Shown: positions 49,826 to 60,426 of the stretch, in pieces
Position numbering within the stretch: position 1 is the first letter of the stretch
Layout of the letters: each line of letters opens with the position of its first letter
Origin: Syntrophales bacterium
GTDB taxonomy: Bacteria; Desulfobacterota; Syntrophia; Syntrophales; UBA2210
NCBI GenBank assembly: GCA_963662405.2
Contig: CAXXKT010000001.1
Span: forward strand, 1,376,001-1,440,000
Direction of reading: 5' to 3'
DNA: 64,000 bases
Notes under the pieces: generated by a model
Told to the model about the DNA's origin: nothing
The model's input: the letters and a program-made list of their open reading frames with translations, nothing else
The model's database searches: none
Program-made: the position numbers and the translations under genes

Positions 49826-51109
49826 ATGAACGAAAAAAGCGCCTATGATATCTTATACGAGAGGGGATTCGTCGAGCAGATTACGGATGAAGAGCCGATA
49901 CGGAGACTCCTGAAGGACGAGACGGTTACCTGCTATATCGGGTTTGACCCGACGGCGGCGAGCCTCCATATCGGGAGTCTTGTTCCGATCATGTCGCTCA
50001 TGCATATGCAACGTTGCGGACACCGGGTGATTGCCCTTGTGGGTGGCGGTACCGCCTTGATCGGCGATCCCAGCGGAAAGACCGAAATGCGCCGTATCAT
50101 GACGCGGGATGAGATCGACGGCAACGCGGAAGCCATCAAAAAACAGTTATCCCAATATATCAATTTCGAAGAGGGAAAGGCGCTTCTCCTGAACAATGCG
50201 GACTGGCTGGCGCAGCTCAACTATGTCGAGTTTCTGAGGGATATCGGACGGTGCTTCAGCGTCAACCGGATGCTCGCCGCCGAGAGTTATAAAATGCGCC
50301 TGGAGAAGGGGCTCAACTTCATCGAGTTCAACTATATGCTCCTCCAATCCTACGATTTTTACTATCTGAGCAAGCACTACGACTGTGTCCTCCAGATGGG
50401 GGGAAATGACCAGTGGGGAAATATCGTGGCGGGTATCGATCTGACGAGGCGGCTGGAGGAAAAGAAAATCTATGGGATGACCTTTCCCCTCCTTGTCACG
50501 TCTCAGGGGCACAAGATGGGAAAAACGGAAAAGGGAACGGTCTGGTTGGAAGCCGAGCTCACCTCCCCCTATGATTATTTCCAGTACTGGATCAACACGG
50601 AGGATGCCGATGTCGGGAAGTTCCTCGCGCTTTTTAGTCTCCTGCCCATGGAAGAGATCGAGGAATCGGGAAAACTGATGGATTCGGAGCTGAACATGGC
50701 AAAGGCCGTTCTGGCCTTTGAAGCAACACGGATTACCCACGGAGAGGACGCGGCGGTTGCGGCCTGGGGGGCGGCGGTGAATAATTTCGGACTGAGACCG
50801 GTCAGGCCCGACCTCTTCCCGTCAAGTACCATTCCGCGGACCAACGCGACTGATGCGTCGGCGATTCCCACTGTGGAAAAGGCAAGAGGTGAACTGGGAG
50901 AGGGGATCTCGGCCTTCGAGCTTTTCCACGATGCAGGCCTGTGCAAGTCCCGGGGCGAGGCGCGGCGGCTTATCACACAGGGAGGTGCCTATGTCAACGG
51001 TCGTCAGGTGACCGTCTTCGATGAGAAAATCGGAAACGATGATGCCGAAGATGGTGTTATCCGCCTGAGAAAAGGGAAGAAACAGCACGTCCTCATTCGG
51101 GTGGTATAA
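49826..51109 (+). CDS. tyrS: tyrosine--tRNA ligase
   Basis: YIGFDPTAASLHIGS (HIGH), QMGGNDQWGNI, KMGKT and a C-terminal S4 domain. Confidence 0.97.
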   Translation: MNEKSAYDILYERGFVEQITDEEPIRRLLKDETVTCYIGFDPTAASLHIGSLVPIMSLMHMQRCGHRVIALVGGGTALIGDPSGKTEMRRIMTRDEIDGNAEAIKKQLSQYINFEEGKALLLNNADWLAQLNYVEFLRDIGRCFSVNRMLAAESYKMRLEKGLNFIEFNYMLLQSYDFYYLSKHYDCVLQMGGNDQWGNIVAGIDLTRRLEEKKIYGMTFPLLVTSQGHKMGKTEKGTVWLEAELTSPYDYFQYWINTEDADVGKFLALFSLLPMEEIEESGKLMDSELNMAKAVLAFEATRITHGEDAAVAAWGAAVNNFGLRPVRPDLFPSSTIPRTNATDASAIPTVEKARGELGEGISAFELFHDAGLCKSRGEARRLITQGGAYVNGRQVTVFDEKIGNDDAEDGVIRLRKGKKQHVLIRVV

Positions 51110-51148
51110 AGGGGAGTCTGTCTCCCCCGCTCGGATCATATCGGCGGG

Positions 51149-52945
51149 CTATGTACCCGTAGACCCCTTTTTGTCCGTTTGATCGATCCCGATTCCCTCC
51201 GCCAGCGATTTGTTGATCAGTGCCTTGTTATACGCCGAGAAGATATCCCTTCGTGAGAGAATGCCCACTATCTTGCGCGGGTTGTTCTCATCGACCACCG
51301 GAAGCTGTTCTATGTTCTTCAGCCCTATCTTTTTCAGCGCCTCATCCAGGCTTTCACCCTCCGTTATGGTTATGACGCTAGGGATGGCGATATCCTTCAC
51401 CACCACGAGGTCTCCCAGGCCCTCTTCGAAGACCACCTCCTTAAAGTCCTGAAAGGTGATAATTCCGCTGAGTAGGCCGCTCTCGTCGACCACGGGAAAG
51501 CTGGAATACTTGCTTGAGAAGGTGTGTTCCAGCAGTTTGTTGAGATGCATATTTTCCGATACCGTTGCCACGTTCCTTGTCATGGCGTCTCTGACGAGAA
51601 GAGACTTCATGATGTTGATCTCCCTCCCCGCCTTGATGTCGATCCCCCTGCGGAACAGCTTTAAAGTGAAAATCGATTCTCGGGTGAGCTGTGAGGAGAT
51701 CAGGTATCCGATGATGCAGGACAACATCAGAGGAATGATGATCTTATAATCCCCGGTTATCTCAAATATGATCAGGATTGCGTGTAGCGGACCGTGTGTG
51801 GTTGCCGCGAGAACGGCCCCCATCCCCACGAGACAGTAAGCCCCTGGTGGTGCTGTTATGGCGGGGAAGAGAAGGTGCATGGCGTACCCGAATGCTCCTC
51901 CGGTCATGGCCCCCATAAAGAGAGAGGGGGCAAATATACCGCCCGAGCCGCCCGATCCGATGGTGAGGGATGTGGCCGCTATCTTGACGAATATCAGGGC
52001 AACCAGCATATACCAGGCAAGTCCCTCCTGGAGGGCGAGGCCGATAGTGTCATATCCCACCCCGTATACGTAGGGGAGAAAAACGCCGATGCACCCCACT
52101 ATCAGGCCGCCCACCCCCGCCTTCGCATAATCGGGGATCGGTATGATCTTGAAGAGATCTTCCGTTTTGTAAAGGGTCCTGATGAACAAGACACCGACCA
52201 GACCTGCTGTGATCCCCAGGAGCATATAGAAGGGGAGTTCGAGAGGGCTGACCAGGGTGTACGAGGGGACGAGAAAGGCGGGGTAGTCTCCCAGGTATAT
52301 CCTTGATATGACGGTTCCCATGACGGATGAAACGATGATCGGACTGAAGGTGGCGATCCCGTAGTTACCGATAATGATCTCCATGGCGAACATGACGCCG
52401 GCGATCGGTGCATTGAAGGTCGCCGCGATCCCCGCTGCCGCTCCGCACCCGACCAGGGTCCTCATCCGGTCCGCCGAAACCCTGGTCAACTGTCCGACAA
52501 GAGAACCGATTGCCGATCCTATCTGAACGATGGGACCCTCTCTCCCCGCTGATCCTCCCGAACCGATACACAGCGCCGAAGCGAGAATCTTGATGAGGAA
52601 GACCCTCTTTCTGATCATGCCGCCTCTCATCGCCACGGCTTCTATGGTCTCGGAGACACCTGGCCCTTGAGCTTCCCGGGCGAAGAAATAGATGATGGGG
52701 CCGACGAGGATACCGCCGATCATGGGAGGAAAGAGCTTTGCATGCCACGGTAAGGTTGTCAAATGGCTGAGAAAGTTTGTCCCGCCCGTACCAAAAAAAA
52801 GTGACTGGAAGAGATGAATGACCAGTCTGAACAGGACGGCCCCATATCCTCCGAGCGCTCCCACAATCATTGCCAAGAGCATCATGACGACGTGTTCGTT
52901 TGATCTGAATGGAATCTTCAGGATATGAGAAGGATGCTTGTTCAT
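51149..52945 (-). CDS. ClC chloride channel/antiporter with CBS pair
   Basis: GREGPIVQIG, FNAPIAG, GGIFAPSL and two C-terminal CBS domains. Confidence 0.93.
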   Translation of the reverse strand: MNKHPSHILKIPFRSNEHVVMMLLAMIVGALGGYGAVLFRLVIHLFQSLFFGTGGTNFLSHLTTLPWHAKLFPPMIGGILVGPIIYFFAREAQGPGVSETIEAVAMRGGMIRKRVFLIKILASALCIGSGGSAGREGPIVQIGSAIGSLVGQLTRVSADRMRTLVGCGAAAGIAATFNAPIAGVMFAMEIIIGNYGIATFSPIIVSSVMGTVISRIYLGDYPAFLVPSYTLVSPLELPFYMLLGITAGLVGVLFIRTLYKTEDLFKIIPIPDYAKAGVGGLIVGCIGVFLPYVYGVGYDTIGLALQEGLAWYMLVALIFVKIAATSLTIGSGGSGGIFAPSLFMGAMTGGAFGYAMHLLFPAITAPPGAYCLVGMGAVLAATTHGPLHAILIIFEITGDYKIIIPLMLSCIIGYLISSQLTRESIFTLKLFRRGIDIKAGREINIMKSLLVRDAMTRNVATVSENMHLNKLLEHTFSSKYSSFPVVDESGLLSGIITFQDFKEVVFEEGLGDLVVVKDIAIPSVITITEGESLDEALKKIGLKNIEQLPVVDENNPRKIVGILSRRDIFSAYNKALINKSLAEGIGIDQTDKKGSTGT

Positions 52946-53128
52946 GGAATTATTTCATGGTCATTTTTTGACTACCCTTTCTTACTATCGCTGAAAGCCA
53001 TATTTTGCAAGAGAGATTTTATACTTACATGCGGAATTCACGGTGTGAGCAATCTTGTTTTGCCCTCTTTGGATCGTTGTGCTAAACAGGTACCGTATCG
53101 ATGCAATCCGGTTCGAGGAAACGAAAAA

Positions 53129-53719
53129 ATGAAGATTACGTCGGCAGAATTCATAACGAGTGCCGTGACGCCCGCCCAATATCCCGACCCTCTCTTGCCC
53201 GAGGTCGCCTTTGTCGGCAGGTCGAACGTGGGGAAATCTTCCCTGCTCAACGCCCTGGTGGGGCGAAAAAAGCTTGCCAAGACGAGTAATACCCCGGGAC
53301 GGACCCAGCTGGTCAATTTTTTCGTGATCAACAAGGCCCTTTCCTTCGTTGATCTCCCCGGTTACGGATACGCCAGGGTTCCTGTCTCCGTCAAAAAAGG
53401 ATGGCAGGCAATGATCGAGGGGTATCTCGAAGGGCGCGAAAGCCTGCGGCTCGTTGTCATGATCCTGGATATCCGCCGGGAGCCCTCGGAACATGACGAT
53501 ATGCTGATCGAGTGGCTCCGGAGCAGGCAAATCAACGTGGCATTCGTCCTGACCAAGTCGGATAAATTCTCCCGGAGCCGGGCAATCGGAGCCCATCGAA
53601 CAATCGGAGAACATCTGGGGGTTCCCCATGAAGGACTGATCCCCTTTTCGGCAAAGACGCGTGCCGGCGTAGGCGAGGTCTGGCGGGTGATCGAGGCGGC
53701 CTGTCTCCCCGCGTCCTGA
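53129..53719 (+). CDS. engB: ribosome biogenesis GTPase YihA/YsxC
   Basis: GRSNVGKSS, PGRTQ, DLPGYGY, TKSDK. Start set at ATG 53129. Confidence 0.94.
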   Translation: MKITSAEFITSAVTPAQYPDPLLPEVAFVGRSNVGKSSLLNALVGRKKLAKTSNTPGRTQLVNFFVINKALSFVDLPGYGYARVPVSVKKGWQAMIEGYLEGRESLRLVVMILDIRREPSEHDDMLIEWLRSRQINVAFVLTKSDKFSRSRAIGAHRTIGEHLGVPHEGLIPFSAKTRAGVGEVWRVIEAACLPAS

Positions 53720-53927
53720 CCCGCTTTCCCTGATTGTGCGGGATTCAAAAACTTTTACCGGACCCACGCACATTAGTATATGAAGGCTGTAATTAGGTCT
53801 TGACATGGGGTGCAAATCCTGCTACCCAACTTCCCGGTTATTTGTCAGATGACCAATGGTCATAACATGTACTCTAACGGGACCCGCACGGAAGGTCCTT
53901 ACTATCAAATCCGAGGTGCGAAAAGCG

Positions 53928-56900
53928 GTGGTAAAAGATAGCGAAAAGATCGGCGCTGTGATGGTTGTTGGGTCAGGGATAGCCGGAATCCAGTCTTCTC
54001 TGGACCTCGCAAACTCCGGAATGAAGGTCTACCTTGTTGAAAACGACATCAGCATCGGTGGTATCATGGCCCAGCTGGATAAGACCTTCCCGACCAATGA
54101 CTGTTCTGCATGCATCCTCTCCCCCAAGCTTGTCGAGGTGGGGAGGCATCCGAACGTGGAAATCCTAACAAAAAGAACGGTAAAAGGGGTGGACGGTGAG
54201 CCGGGACGCTTCGAGGTGAAGCTCGCAAGTGAGCCTCGCTTTGTCGATGTCGACAAGTGTACCGGCTGTGGTGACTGTGCCAAGGTGTGCCCGGTGACGG
54301 TACCGAACATCTTTAACGAGGGACTGGATGACCGGAAGGCCATCTACCGCAAGTTCCCCCAGGCAATTCCCAGCGCCTTCGCGATCGAAAAGATCGGTGT
54401 GGCCCCCTGTAAGGCGGCCTGTCCGACCCATATCAGCGTCCAGGGTTATGTGGCCCTCATTGCTGAAGGGAAGTACAAGGAGGCCCTGAAGCTGATCAAG
54501 CAGGAGAATCCGCTCCCCGCTGTCTGTGGGAGGGTCTGTAATCACCCCTGCGAGGCCGCCTGTAAAAGGGGCGAAGTGGATGATCCCGTATCCATCATGT
54601 ATCTCAAGCGGTTCGTCGCCGATCTCGACCTGAATGACGAGACGAAATATATCCCCGAAGTCAAGGAAAAAAAGGACAAGAAGGTCGCGATTATCGGTGC
54701 CGGCCCTGCCGGTTTGACGGCGGCTTACTATCTGGCCGTCGAGGGGTACCAGGTCACGATCTTCGAGGCCCTTCCCGTGCCGGGCGGGATGCTGACCGTC
54801 GGTATCCCCGAGTACCGTCTCCCCAAGGATGTCCTGAATGCCGAGATCAAGACGATTGAGGAACTCGGCGTCGAGATCAAGTACAACACGAAGGTGGGCA
54901 CGGATATCACCATGGAGGAACTCCGGAAGGAGTTCGACGCGACCTTTATCGGTGTGGGGGCCCATATCAGCAGTAAACTGGGTGTTCCCGGCGAAGATGA
55001 TCTCGAAGGGGTGGTCCACGGTATCGATTTCCTCAGACGGGTTGCCCTCGGTGAAAAGGTCTTCCTCGGAGAACGGGTCGCGGTGGTCGGCGGCGGGAAC
55101 GTCGCGATGGATGCCGTGAGGACGGCCCTCAGGACCGGTTCCAAGGAGGCGTTTGTCCTGTACCGGAGGACCCGTGCCGAGATGCCCGCAGCCGATGAGG
55201 AGATCGAAGAGGCCCTGCAGGAAGGGATCAAGATGGAATTCCTGGCTGCCCCGGTGAAGGTGCTGGGGAGCGGCGGGAAGGTGACCGGGATTGAGTGCAT
55301 CCGGATGGAGCTGGGTGAGCCCGACGCCAGCGGGAGGAGGCGGCCCGTGCCGATCAAGGGTTCGGAATTCGTCATCGAGGCGGACGCGATCATTCCGGCG
55401 ATCGGTCAGACCAGCGATCTCTCCTTCATTGCCGAAGACAGCGGGTTGGCTATCAATAAGTGGAATACCTTCGATGTCGATGAGGTGACCTTTGCCACGA
55501 ACGTGGAAGGGGTCTTTGCCGGTGGCGATGACGTCACCGGGCCGGCAACGGTGGTCGAAGCGATCAATGCCGGGAAAGAAGCGGCGAAATCAATCAACCG
55601 ATACCTCCTCGGCGAGGACATCAAACTGGGGCGCGAGAGAGACTGGACACGGAATATCGCCGACCAGGCGGATAACAGCTCCGTGAACAAAGAGCTGCGT
55701 CCCTCCATGCCTGAGCTTGAGCCGGCGACCCGGCGGACCAATTTCGAAGAGGTCGTCAAGGGGTACAGTGAGGAAGATATCCTCAGAGAAGCGAAGCGGT
55801 GCCTCAGCTGCGGGGTCTGTTCCGAATGTTACCAGTGCGTCGATGCCTGTGTGGCCGGTGCGATTGATCACGATATGATCGAGCGGGAAGAGACCGTCGA
55901 GGTCGGGGCGATCATCGCCGCGCCGGGGACGGAACTCTTCAACGCCTCCCTCAGAGGGGAATACGGCTTCGGTATCTACGACAATGTCGTCACCAGTATC
56001 CAGTTCGAGCGGATCCTGTCCGCCTCCGGTCCCTACTTCGGGCACGTACAGCGTATCTCCGACGGTAAAGAACCGAAGAAGGTGGCCTTCCTCCAGTGTG
56101 TGGGGTCGCGGGATTCGAACTGCGGGAACAGCTGGTGTTCGTCCGTATGCTGTATGTACGCCACCAAGGAGGCCATCATCGGCAAGGAGCACGCCAAGGG
56201 CTTGGAGCCGACTATCTTCTATATCGATATCCGCGCCTACGGCAAGGACTTCGACCGGTTCGTCAACCGGGCCCAGAATGAATACGGTATTCGGTACATC
56301 CGATCCATGCCGTCAGCGATAAAGGAATTGCAACAGAGCAAGAATCTGCTCCTCACCTACGTCCAGGAAGACGGGACACTGGTCGAAGAGGAGTTTGACA
56401 TGGTCGTCCTTTCCGTGGGCCTGGCTCCGCCGAAGGAGGCACGGGAGCTGGCCGCGAGCCTGGGTATCGAGCTGGAGGAGCACGGTTTCTGCAAGACCTC
56501 TCTTGAAAACCCCGTCCAGACTTCCCGGGATGGTATTTTTGTCTGCGGTGTCTTCGGTGGTCCCAAGGATATCCCGGAGACGGTCATGGAGGCGTCGGGT
56601 GCCGCGGCATGCGCGGAGGGACTGCTCTCATCCCAGCGGGGATCGTTGACCATTGCGGAGCAGCTTCCCGAGGAGATGGATATGCGGGGGACCGGCCCCC
56701 GGATCGGTGCCTTTATCTGCCACTGCGGGATCAATATCGGGGGCGTGGTCAATGTCCCCGAGGTGGTTGAATATGTCAAGACCCTCCCCAACGTGGTCTA
56801 TGCCGAGGACAACCTCTTTACCTGCTCTCAGGATACCGCGGTCAAGATGGGGGAGATGATCAAGGAACATAACTTGACACGGGTCGTTGTGGCCTCCTGT

Positions 56901-58355
56901 TCCCCGCGGACGCATGAGGGACTCTTCCAGGAAAACTGTGAAAAGGCCGGACTCAACCGGTACCTCTTCGAGATGGCCAATATCAGGGACCAGGATTCCT
57001 GGGTCCATATGAACGAACCCGAGGCGGCAACCGAGAAGGCGAAAGATCTGGTTCGCATGGCCGTCGCCAAGGCCCAATATCTCAAACCCCTGAAACCGGG
57101 GCAATTGGGCGTCAACAAGGCCGCCATGGTGCTTGGAGGAGGCCTCGCCGGGATCACCGCAGCCCTCTCGCTCGCCGATCAGGGTTTTGAATCCCACATC
57201 GTCGAGAAAGAAGCCGAGCTGGGCGGGAACTACAAGAAGCTCTACCACACCCTCGAGGGACTCGATACGGTGAAGCATCTGGCCGGGCTCCTGGAACGGG
57301 TGAAGAAGAGCGATCTCATCCACGTCCACACGGGTGCCGAGGTCGAGAAGGTCGAGGGGTTCATCGGCAACTACAAGACGACGATCAAGGCTGGCGGAAA
57401 AGAAGAAGAATTTGGGCACGGTGTTGTGATCGTGGCGACCGGGGCCTATGAGAACGAGACGACCGAATACCTGTACGGGACCAACGACCGGGTCGTGACG
57501 CAGCGAGAGCTGGAGGCCCTGATCCACGGAAAAGACGCGAAGGTGACGGGTGCGGACAGCGTGGTCATGATCCAGTGTGTCGGATCACGGTGTGACGAGC
57601 GGCCGTACTGTAGCCGGTACTGTTGCAGCGAGGCGATGAAGAACGCCCTCGCCCTCAAGGCGGAAAATCCTGACCGCGAGGTGACCATCATTTACCGTGA
57701 TATCAGGACCTACGGTCTGAAGGAGGATTACTACCGGAGGGCCCGCGAGGCGGATGTCAGGTTCATCTGCTACAAGGAAGATCGGAAGCCCGAGGTGAGC
57801 GGCGATGGTTCGAAGGTTCGGGTGAAGGTCTTCGATCCGATCCTCAATCAGCCGGTGGAGATTGAGACCGATATCCTGGCACTGAGTGTGGGTGTGGTTC
57901 CCAACTCGGCCAACGAAGAGATATCAAAGTGGTTCAAGATTCCGGTTAATCAGGACGGGTTCTTCTTGGAGGCCCACGTCAAGCTGCGGCCGGTCGACTT
58001 TGCCACGGACGGCGTCTACATGTGCGGGATGGCGCACTCGCCGAAATTGAGCGAAGAGACCGTCACCCAGGCCAACGCCGCCGTCTCGAGGGCATGCACG
58101 ATCCTGACGAAGGACTTCATCGAGGCGGAGGGGAAGACCGCATACATCAACAAAGATAAGTGCATGGCCTGTGGCCTCTGCGAGGCGAACTGTCCCTTCG
58201 GTGCCGTCGCGGTTGATGCGGTTGAAGAATGTGCCGTCGTCAATGCCGTTCTGTGCAAGGGATGCGGGGTGTGCACGGCATCGTGCCGGATGAACGCGAT
58301 CGATCTCAACGGTTTCAACAACGAGGAAATCTTGGCGCAGATAAGCGCTCTGTAA
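53928..58355 (+). CDS. large HdrA-family flavoprotein with inserted NAD(P)H-binding GltD-like domain (HdrL type)
   Basis: LDKTFPTNDCSACIL, ferredoxin motifs, GltD-like GAGPAG and GGGNVAMD, then two HdrA cores (QCVGSR...CSSVCC and QCVGSR...CSRYCC) and EAHVKLRP. Start set at GTG 53928. Confidence 0.9.
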   Translation: MVKDSEKIGAVMVVGSGIAGIQSSLDLANSGMKVYLVENDISIGGIMAQLDKTFPTNDCSACILSPKLVEVGRHPNVEILTKRTVKGVDGEPGRFEVKLASEPRFVDVDKCTGCGDCAKVCPVTVPNIFNEGLDDRKAIYRKFPQAIPSAFAIEKIGVAPCKAACPTHISVQGYVALIAEGKYKEALKLIKQENPLPAVCGRVCNHPCEAACKRGEVDDPVSIMYLKRFVADLDLNDETKYIPEVKEKKDKKVAIIGAGPAGLTAAYYLAVEGYQVTIFEALPVPGGMLTVGIPEYRLPKDVLNAEIKTIEELGVEIKYNTKVGTDITMEELRKEFDATFIGVGAHISSKLGVPGEDDLEGVVHGIDFLRRVALGEKVFLGERVAVVGGGNVAMDAVRTALRTGSKEAFVLYRRTRAEMPAADEEIEEALQEGIKMEFLAAPVKVLGSGGKVTGIECIRMELGEPDASGRRRPVPIKGSEFVIEADAIIPAIGQTSDLSFIAEDSGLAINKWNTFDVDEVTFATNVEGVFAGGDDVTGPATVVEAINAGKEAAKSINRYLLGEDIKLGRERDWTRNIADQADNSSVNKELRPSMPELEPATRRTNFEEVVKGYSEEDILREAKRCLSCGVCSECYQCVDACVAGAIDHDMIEREETVEVGAIIAAPGTELFNASLRGEYGFGIYDNVVTSIQFERILSASGPYFGHVQRISDGKEPKKVAFLQCVGSRDSNCGNSWCSSVCCMYATKEAIIGKEHAKGLEPTIFYIDIRAYGKDFDRFVNRAQNEYGIRYIRSMPSAIKELQQSKNLLLTYVQEDGTLVEEEFDMVVLSVGLAPPKEARELAASLGIELEEHGFCKTSLENPVQTSRDGIFVCGVFGGPKDIPETVMEASGAAACAEGLLSSQRGSLTIAEQLPEEMDMRGTGPRIGAFICHCGINIGGVVNVPEVVEYVKTLPNVVYAEDNLFTCSQDTAVKMGEMIKEHNLTRVVVASCSPRTHEGLFQENCEKAGLNRYLFEMANIRDQDSWVHMNEPEAATEKAKDLVRMAVAKAQYLKPLKPGQLGVNKAAMVLGGGLAGITAALSLADQGFESHIVEKEAELGGNYKKLYHTLEGLDTVKHLAGLLERVKKSDLIHVHTGAEVEKVEGFIGNYKTTIKAGGKEEEFGHGVVIVATGAYENETTEYLYGTNDRVVTQRELEALIHGKDAKVTGADSVVMIQCVGSRCDERPYCSRYCCSEAMKNALALKAENPDREVTIIYRDIRTYGLKEDYYRRAREADVRFICYKEDRKPEVSGDGSKVRVKVFDPILNQPVEIETDILALSVGVVPNSANEEISKWFKIPVNQDGFFLEAHVKLRPVDFATDGVYMCGMAHSPKLSEETVTQANAAVSRACTILTKDFIEAEGKTAYINKDKCMACGLCEANCPFGAVAVDAVEECAVVNAVLCKGCGVCTASCRMNAIDLNGFNNEEILAQISAL

Positions 58356-58374
58356 AAGGTGGAGTACGGAACAT

Positions 58375-58809
58375 ATGACTGAAAAAGCGAACGAGAACTG
58401 GGAGCCGAAGATCGTTGCCTTTGTGTGCAACTGGTGTACCTACGCGGGAGCGGACCTGGCCGGTATCAGCAGGTTGCAGTATCCCCCGAATGTCAGGCTG
58501 ATACGACTGCCCTGCTCGGGGCGGGTGAATCCTTTCTATGTGATCAAGGCCTTGCAGGAGGGGATGGACGGTGTTCTCGTCTCCGGGTGTCATCCGGGTG
58601 AGTGCCACTATATCAGCGGGAATCTGTCGGCCCGGCGTAAATTTGCCATGCTGAAGAATTTTCTCTCCTATGTGGGGATGGAGCCGGATCGGACGATCTT
58701 TACCTGGGTCTCCGCGTCGGAAGGAGAGAAATTTTCACAGGTCATTAAGGGCGTGACCGAGAAGGTCAAGGCACTGGGCCCGGCGAAGAAACTGGTGAAG
58801 AAACTGTAA
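58375..58809 (+). CDS. mvhD: MvhD/FlxD [2Fe-2S] subunit
   Basis: FVCNWCTYAGADLAG, PCSGR, GCHPGECHY, WVSASEG. Confidence 0.92.
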   Translation: MTEKANENWEPKIVAFVCNWCTYAGADLAGISRLQYPPNVRLIRLPCSGRVNPFYVIKALQEGMDGVLVSGCHPGECHYISGNLSARRKFAMLKNFLSYVGMEPDRTIFTWVSASEGEKFSQVIKGVTEKVKALGPAKKLVKKL

Positions 58810-58843
58810 ACCGTCAAACAACAGGAACGAGGAATCGACAACT

Positions 58844-59854
58844 GTGAAAAATGTAGAAAAACAAGTGCGGGAACACGCAAAGAAGCTGCTTGCCGATGGC
58901 GCGGTGGATGTCGTGGTGGGGTATGAAGAAGGGACACTTCCGTTCCAGACGGCACCCTGCTTCATAACCGATCCCGAGGACACAGAGCGGCTTGTCTGGA
59001 ACCGGTTCTGCTCCGTGAACCTGGCCAAATATGTCCATGATATCATCTTTGCCCACAAGGAATCGCAGAAGAGGGCAAAGCCGGAGGAACGGACGAAGAA
59101 AAAGGTCGCCGTTATCGCCCGGGGATGCACCACCCGGTCCCTGGTCATTCACCTCCAGGAAAAACAGTATGACCGTGATCAGGTCGTCGTTATCGGGGTT
59201 CCCTGTACGGGATTCATCGCCAACAAGAAACTCGCGGCCGCTGTGGGCGGCAAGGAGGTTACGGCGTGCTCCATCTCCGGTGATACCGTTTCCGTGCAGA
59301 CGAAGGACGGGAGCAAGGACATCCCCGTGGGTGAGGTGCTTGCCGACAATTGCCTGACCTGTCGGTTCAACAATCCCGTCATATCGGACGAGATGATCGG
59401 TGACACGGCCCCGGCGATGCCCGGTGCGGAGAAGGAGTATGAGGCGGTTGAGGCCTTTGAGGGCCGGTCGATTGATGAGCGGTGGGCATACTTCACGAAG
59501 GAGATGGACAAGTGCATACGGTGTTACGCCTGTCGAAATACCTGTCCCTCCTGTTACTGCAAGGTCTGTTTTGTCGAGCAGAATCAGCCCCGGTGGGTGG
59601 GGGTCGGCATTGATGAGACCGACACGCAGGTGTTCCAGTTCATGCGCATGTTCCACATGGTGGGTCGTTGTGTCGATTGTGGTTCCTGCTTGGAGGTCTG
59701 TCCCATGGGGGTCGATCTCAGGACATTCCTCAAGAAGCTGGATAAGGACGATTTACAACTCTTTGATCACCGGGCCGGAGAGTCGATGGATAGCATGCCC
59801 TCCCTGAGTGCTTTTGCCGAGAACGATAAAGAAGAATTTATCTTTGAGCCATAG
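58844..59854 (+). CDS. FlxC-like 4Fe-4S protein (FdhB/FrhB-related)
   Basis: KCIRCYACRNTCPSCYC and GRCVDCGSCLEVCP; follows mvhD. Confidence 0.8.
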   Translation: MKNVEKQVREHAKKLLADGAVDVVVGYEEGTLPFQTAPCFITDPEDTERLVWNRFCSVNLAKYVHDIIFAHKESQKRAKPEERTKKKVAVIARGCTTRSLVIHLQEKQYDRDQVVVIGVPCTGFIANKKLAAAVGGKEVTACSISGDTVSVQTKDGSKDIPVGEVLADNCLTCRFNNPVISDEMIGDTAPAMPGAEKEYEAVEAFEGRSIDERWAYFTKEMDKCIRCYACRNTCPSCYCKVCFVEQNQPRWVGVGIDETDTQVFQFMRMFHMVGRCVDCGSCLEVCPMGVDLRTFLKKLDKDDLQLFDHRAGESMDSMPSLSAFAENDKEEFIFEP

Positions 59855-59870
59855 AAAAAACGGAGACAAG

Positions 59871-60395
59871 ATGAGTACCTTTCTAGAAGACGTGAACAAC
59901 AGGATAGGCGGGGTCCCGATACAGAGTTGTTTCCACTGCAGGAAATGCACGGCGGGGTGTCCGGTCGCCTTTGCCATGGAATACAATCCCAATGCCGTCA
60001 TCAAGATGATACAGATGGGGATGAAGGATGCGGTTTTGGGGAGTTCCACCATATGGCTGTGCGCCTCCTGTGAGACCTGCGTGACCCGGTGCCCCAACGA
60101 GGTCGATATCGCCCGGATGATGGATACCCTCAGAGAGATGGCAATTGAGGAAGGCGTAACGGCGGGAGAGAAAAATCTCCTCAAGTTTCACGAGGCTTTT
60201 CTCTCCAACATCAAGTTGGGAGGGAGGATCAATGAGCCGATGATGCTTGTGCATTACAAGCTGAAATCGGGGGATTATTTCTCCGATATGGGACTGGGGC
60301 TCAGCATGTTCATGAAGGGAAAGATCAAGCCCATCTCTCCCCGCACAAAGGATATGGGGTCGGTACGGAAAATATTCAAATCAACGGGTAAGTAG
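59871..60395 (+). CDS. hdrC: heterodisulfide reductase subunit C
   Basis: CFHCRKCTAGCP and IWLCASCETCVTRCP. Start set at ATG 59871. Confidence 0.9.
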   Translation: MSTFLEDVNNRIGGVPIQSCFHCRKCTAGCPVAFAMEYNPNAVIKMIQMGMKDAVLGSSTIWLCASCETCVTRCPNEVDIARMMDTLREMAIEEGVTAGEKNLLKFHEAFLSNIKLGGRINEPMMLVHYKLKSGDYFSDMGLGLSMFMKGKIKPISPRTKDMGSVRKIFKSTGK

Positions 60396-60426
60396 CGGTA
60401 GTGCCCGGTGTTGAAGGAGGCTGTAG